A DNA stretch of 64,000 nucleotides from Amoebidium appalachense. Lineage: Eukaryota > Protista > Ichthyosporea. The notes under the pieces were generated by a model. That model searched no databases. It saw only the letters and a program-made list of their open reading frames with translations, and was not told the origin of the DNA. The stretch covers positions 7,551,437 to 7,615,436 of the forward strand of contig CAVNZM010000011.1 of the NCBI GenBank assembly GCA_963693365.1, given 5' to 3'. The position numbers and the translations under genes were made by a program. Positions 61,944-64,000 of the stretch are shown here, one piece after another. Every line of letters starts with the position of its first letter. The stretch's first letter is position 1.

Positions 61944-62935
61944 CCCGGCCCATATCCACCTGCGCGTTCACCACCCTGTTCTCCTGCCCCCGCCCCCTAC
62001 CCAGTCCACCGATTTCTCCACAAACCAGAGAGAACACGGCAGTGCCCATGAACGTTTGGCCCGCATTTTGCTAGAGAACAGCATCGCCGGTCCCCCCCAT
62101 GTCTCCCGGAACCCAAGAGAACACCATGGCATCCCCAACCATGTCTCCCGGATCCTTGGAGAACAGGTGCTGGGGGTGGACCCTGTTCGCCGATTGCTTT
62201 TTCCTAGGAGCGGGGCCTGGGGGGCATGAGGGGCACGCGAGGCACGCGATGGCACAGTGGTCTCACGGGTCTGTGTGCCACAGGCGCCCCCCCAGCCCCC
62301 CCCCAGGCCCCCGGAACAGGCAACGCGGAACCACAACTTCGTTCCAAAGCAGCGCCAGATGTGCCAATAAACGGCCAAAGCAGCGCGCAGTTGGCTACCC
62401 CGCTATTCGATCTGATTGGTCGAAAGCGTTCAAGATCCTGACCAAGGTTTCAGAATCTGTTTGTATCGTTGATAGGACTATTTCTTCGCGATTTCTGTTT
62501 GAAATGTGACCGAATTGTTTATAAAACTATCTTGAATATGAAATTAGGTATAAAACGTTTGATTTTATTCTTATGTTTGGTTCTAAGGAATAGAAGAGAA
62601 AAAGGCATCAGCTGTCATTGAAAAATCTTGAAGCACTGGCATTGCCTGCTCTTCGCGGGATCTGATTGGATCTTGAATTGGGTGTGATCCAATCCCCAGC
62701 AGCCAATCGTGCAGTTTGGTGATCTGGATCTGAAAGCATTCTCCCAATCAAACGCGTGACTGGATATCATTTCGTCAGCATCAGTTGGGAATTGGCTTCT
62801 AAGGGCACGGCACAGCTGATAGGGTGTCACTTTCACACACCTTCTGTAGTGTCAACATCAAAGGCTTTGAAGTCGCTTGTTAGGTCGCCTTTTACTGATT
62901 TTCGCTTTGCACCCCCATTTCTACACACACACACC

Positions 62936-63799
62936 ATGGAACAAGTAGGCAAGCGCAGCTACAAATGGCTGACCGATCACCTTTTCACTAAGAACACTTA
63001 GGACAAATACATGGTCAAGTGCCGCGCTTGTGTCGCTGACATGCACAGCGACCAGATCCCCTCGCATGTGAAGGTGTGCAGGGAATTAAACCACTGCCAG
63101 GACGCCATCCTTACCCTCGTCGCCGCAGAGAACGCCGTCGGGCCCGCGCGCGACAAGGTGCGTCCGTTGGTCACGGAGTTCGGGGGGTGCGCAGTGGCTG
63201 CACAGTCCGTCGTGCCGGGTCTGCGCCAGTACCTGCAGCAGCCTGGGCGCAACGTCGTGGGCGCGGCTAAGGCACGGGCGGTGGCGCAGGCGCTCCACGA
63301 CATGGCAGAGGCGGCTCGGGCGGTTAAGGACGGGTATGTGGGTTTTTGGTCGGCTGAGGATGCTGTGGAGCGCAACAAGCAAGCGCTGCGCCATCGGATT
63401 GCCGAACGTGTCCACCGCCGCCAGGGCGGGGAGGGGCCCGGCCAGTTCGCCTACGTTCCCCGCCCCCCCGGTTCTCCCCGTCCAAACCTCCTCCCCTTTG
63501 CGCTCACACCCGGGGAGCTTGCAAGTGGCAACGTGCTCCGGCAGTGCGAGATATTTCTGTTTGATCGAGTGCAGAGGGATCCGAAGTACCCTCCCGGGAA
63601 ACGTATCGACTCGGACGATGTGTGGGGGGCGGAGGAGAGAGACTCTGCTCTTGCGGCATCGATCGATGAGTGGGCGGTGGAGGTTCCCGTTTGGTGGGAT
63701 GAGGGCAACCACTATTTTGTTCAGGACATGGAGATGATTGAGCAGCGCCTGCGGGAGGGGTATGATTGGGTGATGAAGGTTGTTGCGGAGCTTGAGTGA
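62936..63799 (+). CDS. Hypothetical protein, with ATG 62936 in frame but a TAG at 62999-63001 (open from 63011)
   Basis: CACCATGG context at 62936, upstream CCAAT-rich region and a long high-GC3 ORF. Confidence 0.65.
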
Positions 63800-63819
63800 G
63801 GGCTGGGGGGGGGGGGGTT

Positions 63820-63920
63820 GATGGGGTGGTGTTAGCATGAGCTAGATGGGGGTTGGTTTAATGGGATGGTGTTAGCATGAGCTAGATGGGGGTTGGTTTG
63901 ATGGGATGGTGTTAGCATGG
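63820..63920. repeat. ~40-bp tandem repeat, ~2.5 copies
   Basis: GGTGTTAGCATGAGCTAGATGGGGGTTGGTTT repeated. Confidence 0.8.
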
Positions 63921-64000
63921 GAGGGCTTGGAAGTTGTTTGATGTGCTTCCGGGAGAAGTTCATGCACGAAATAAACCAAGCATCTGTGTATCATGCTGCT

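Larger units (their letters stand above)
39709..64000. mobile_element. Putative endogenous DNA-virus-like element, continuing beyond the window
   Basis: Abrupt loss of introns and long microsatellites. Dense single-exon ORFs with gene types common in large DNA viruses (D5/SF3 helicase, nucleases, patatin, Fic, IS607/Fanzor2). Confidence 0.8.

Noticed and set aside
39709-64000. Element-wide TAG/TAA reassignment
   Set aside because: Several genes end credibly at TAA fused to AATAAA or at TAG, and the long genes have no internal TAG.

Overview
The window is eukaryotic DNA in two sharply different parts. Bases 1 to about 39.7 kb are repeat-rich host sequence with poly-G/C runs, (CA)n microsatellites and GT-AG introns. 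This part holds a 1.2-kb TIR element, a decayed ~12.6-kb APE-RT-RNase H non-LTR retrotransposon (with an internal 216-bp tandem array and an inversion/duplication), a ~183-bp satellite, a ~4.4-kb segmental duplication and a spliced GT31-type galactosyltransferase gene. From about 39.7 kb to the end the DNA is intronless, gene-dense and virus-like. It opens with a 19-bp hairpin, a ~390-bp GC-rich palindrome and tandem arrays. It carries an IS607 element (serine-recombinase TnpA plus Fanzor2/TnpB) inserted in a C2H2 zinc-finger gene, a D5/SF3-type helicase, PD-(D/E)xK nucleases, C2H2 proteins, patatin and Fic. It uses Pol II-type CCAAT/TATA/AATAAA signals and has a family of intergenic hairpins. 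No capsid, packaging ATPase, PolB or integrase is visible in the window, so the class of this putative endogenous viral element is unresolved. All calls come from motif recognition by eye; no searches were run.
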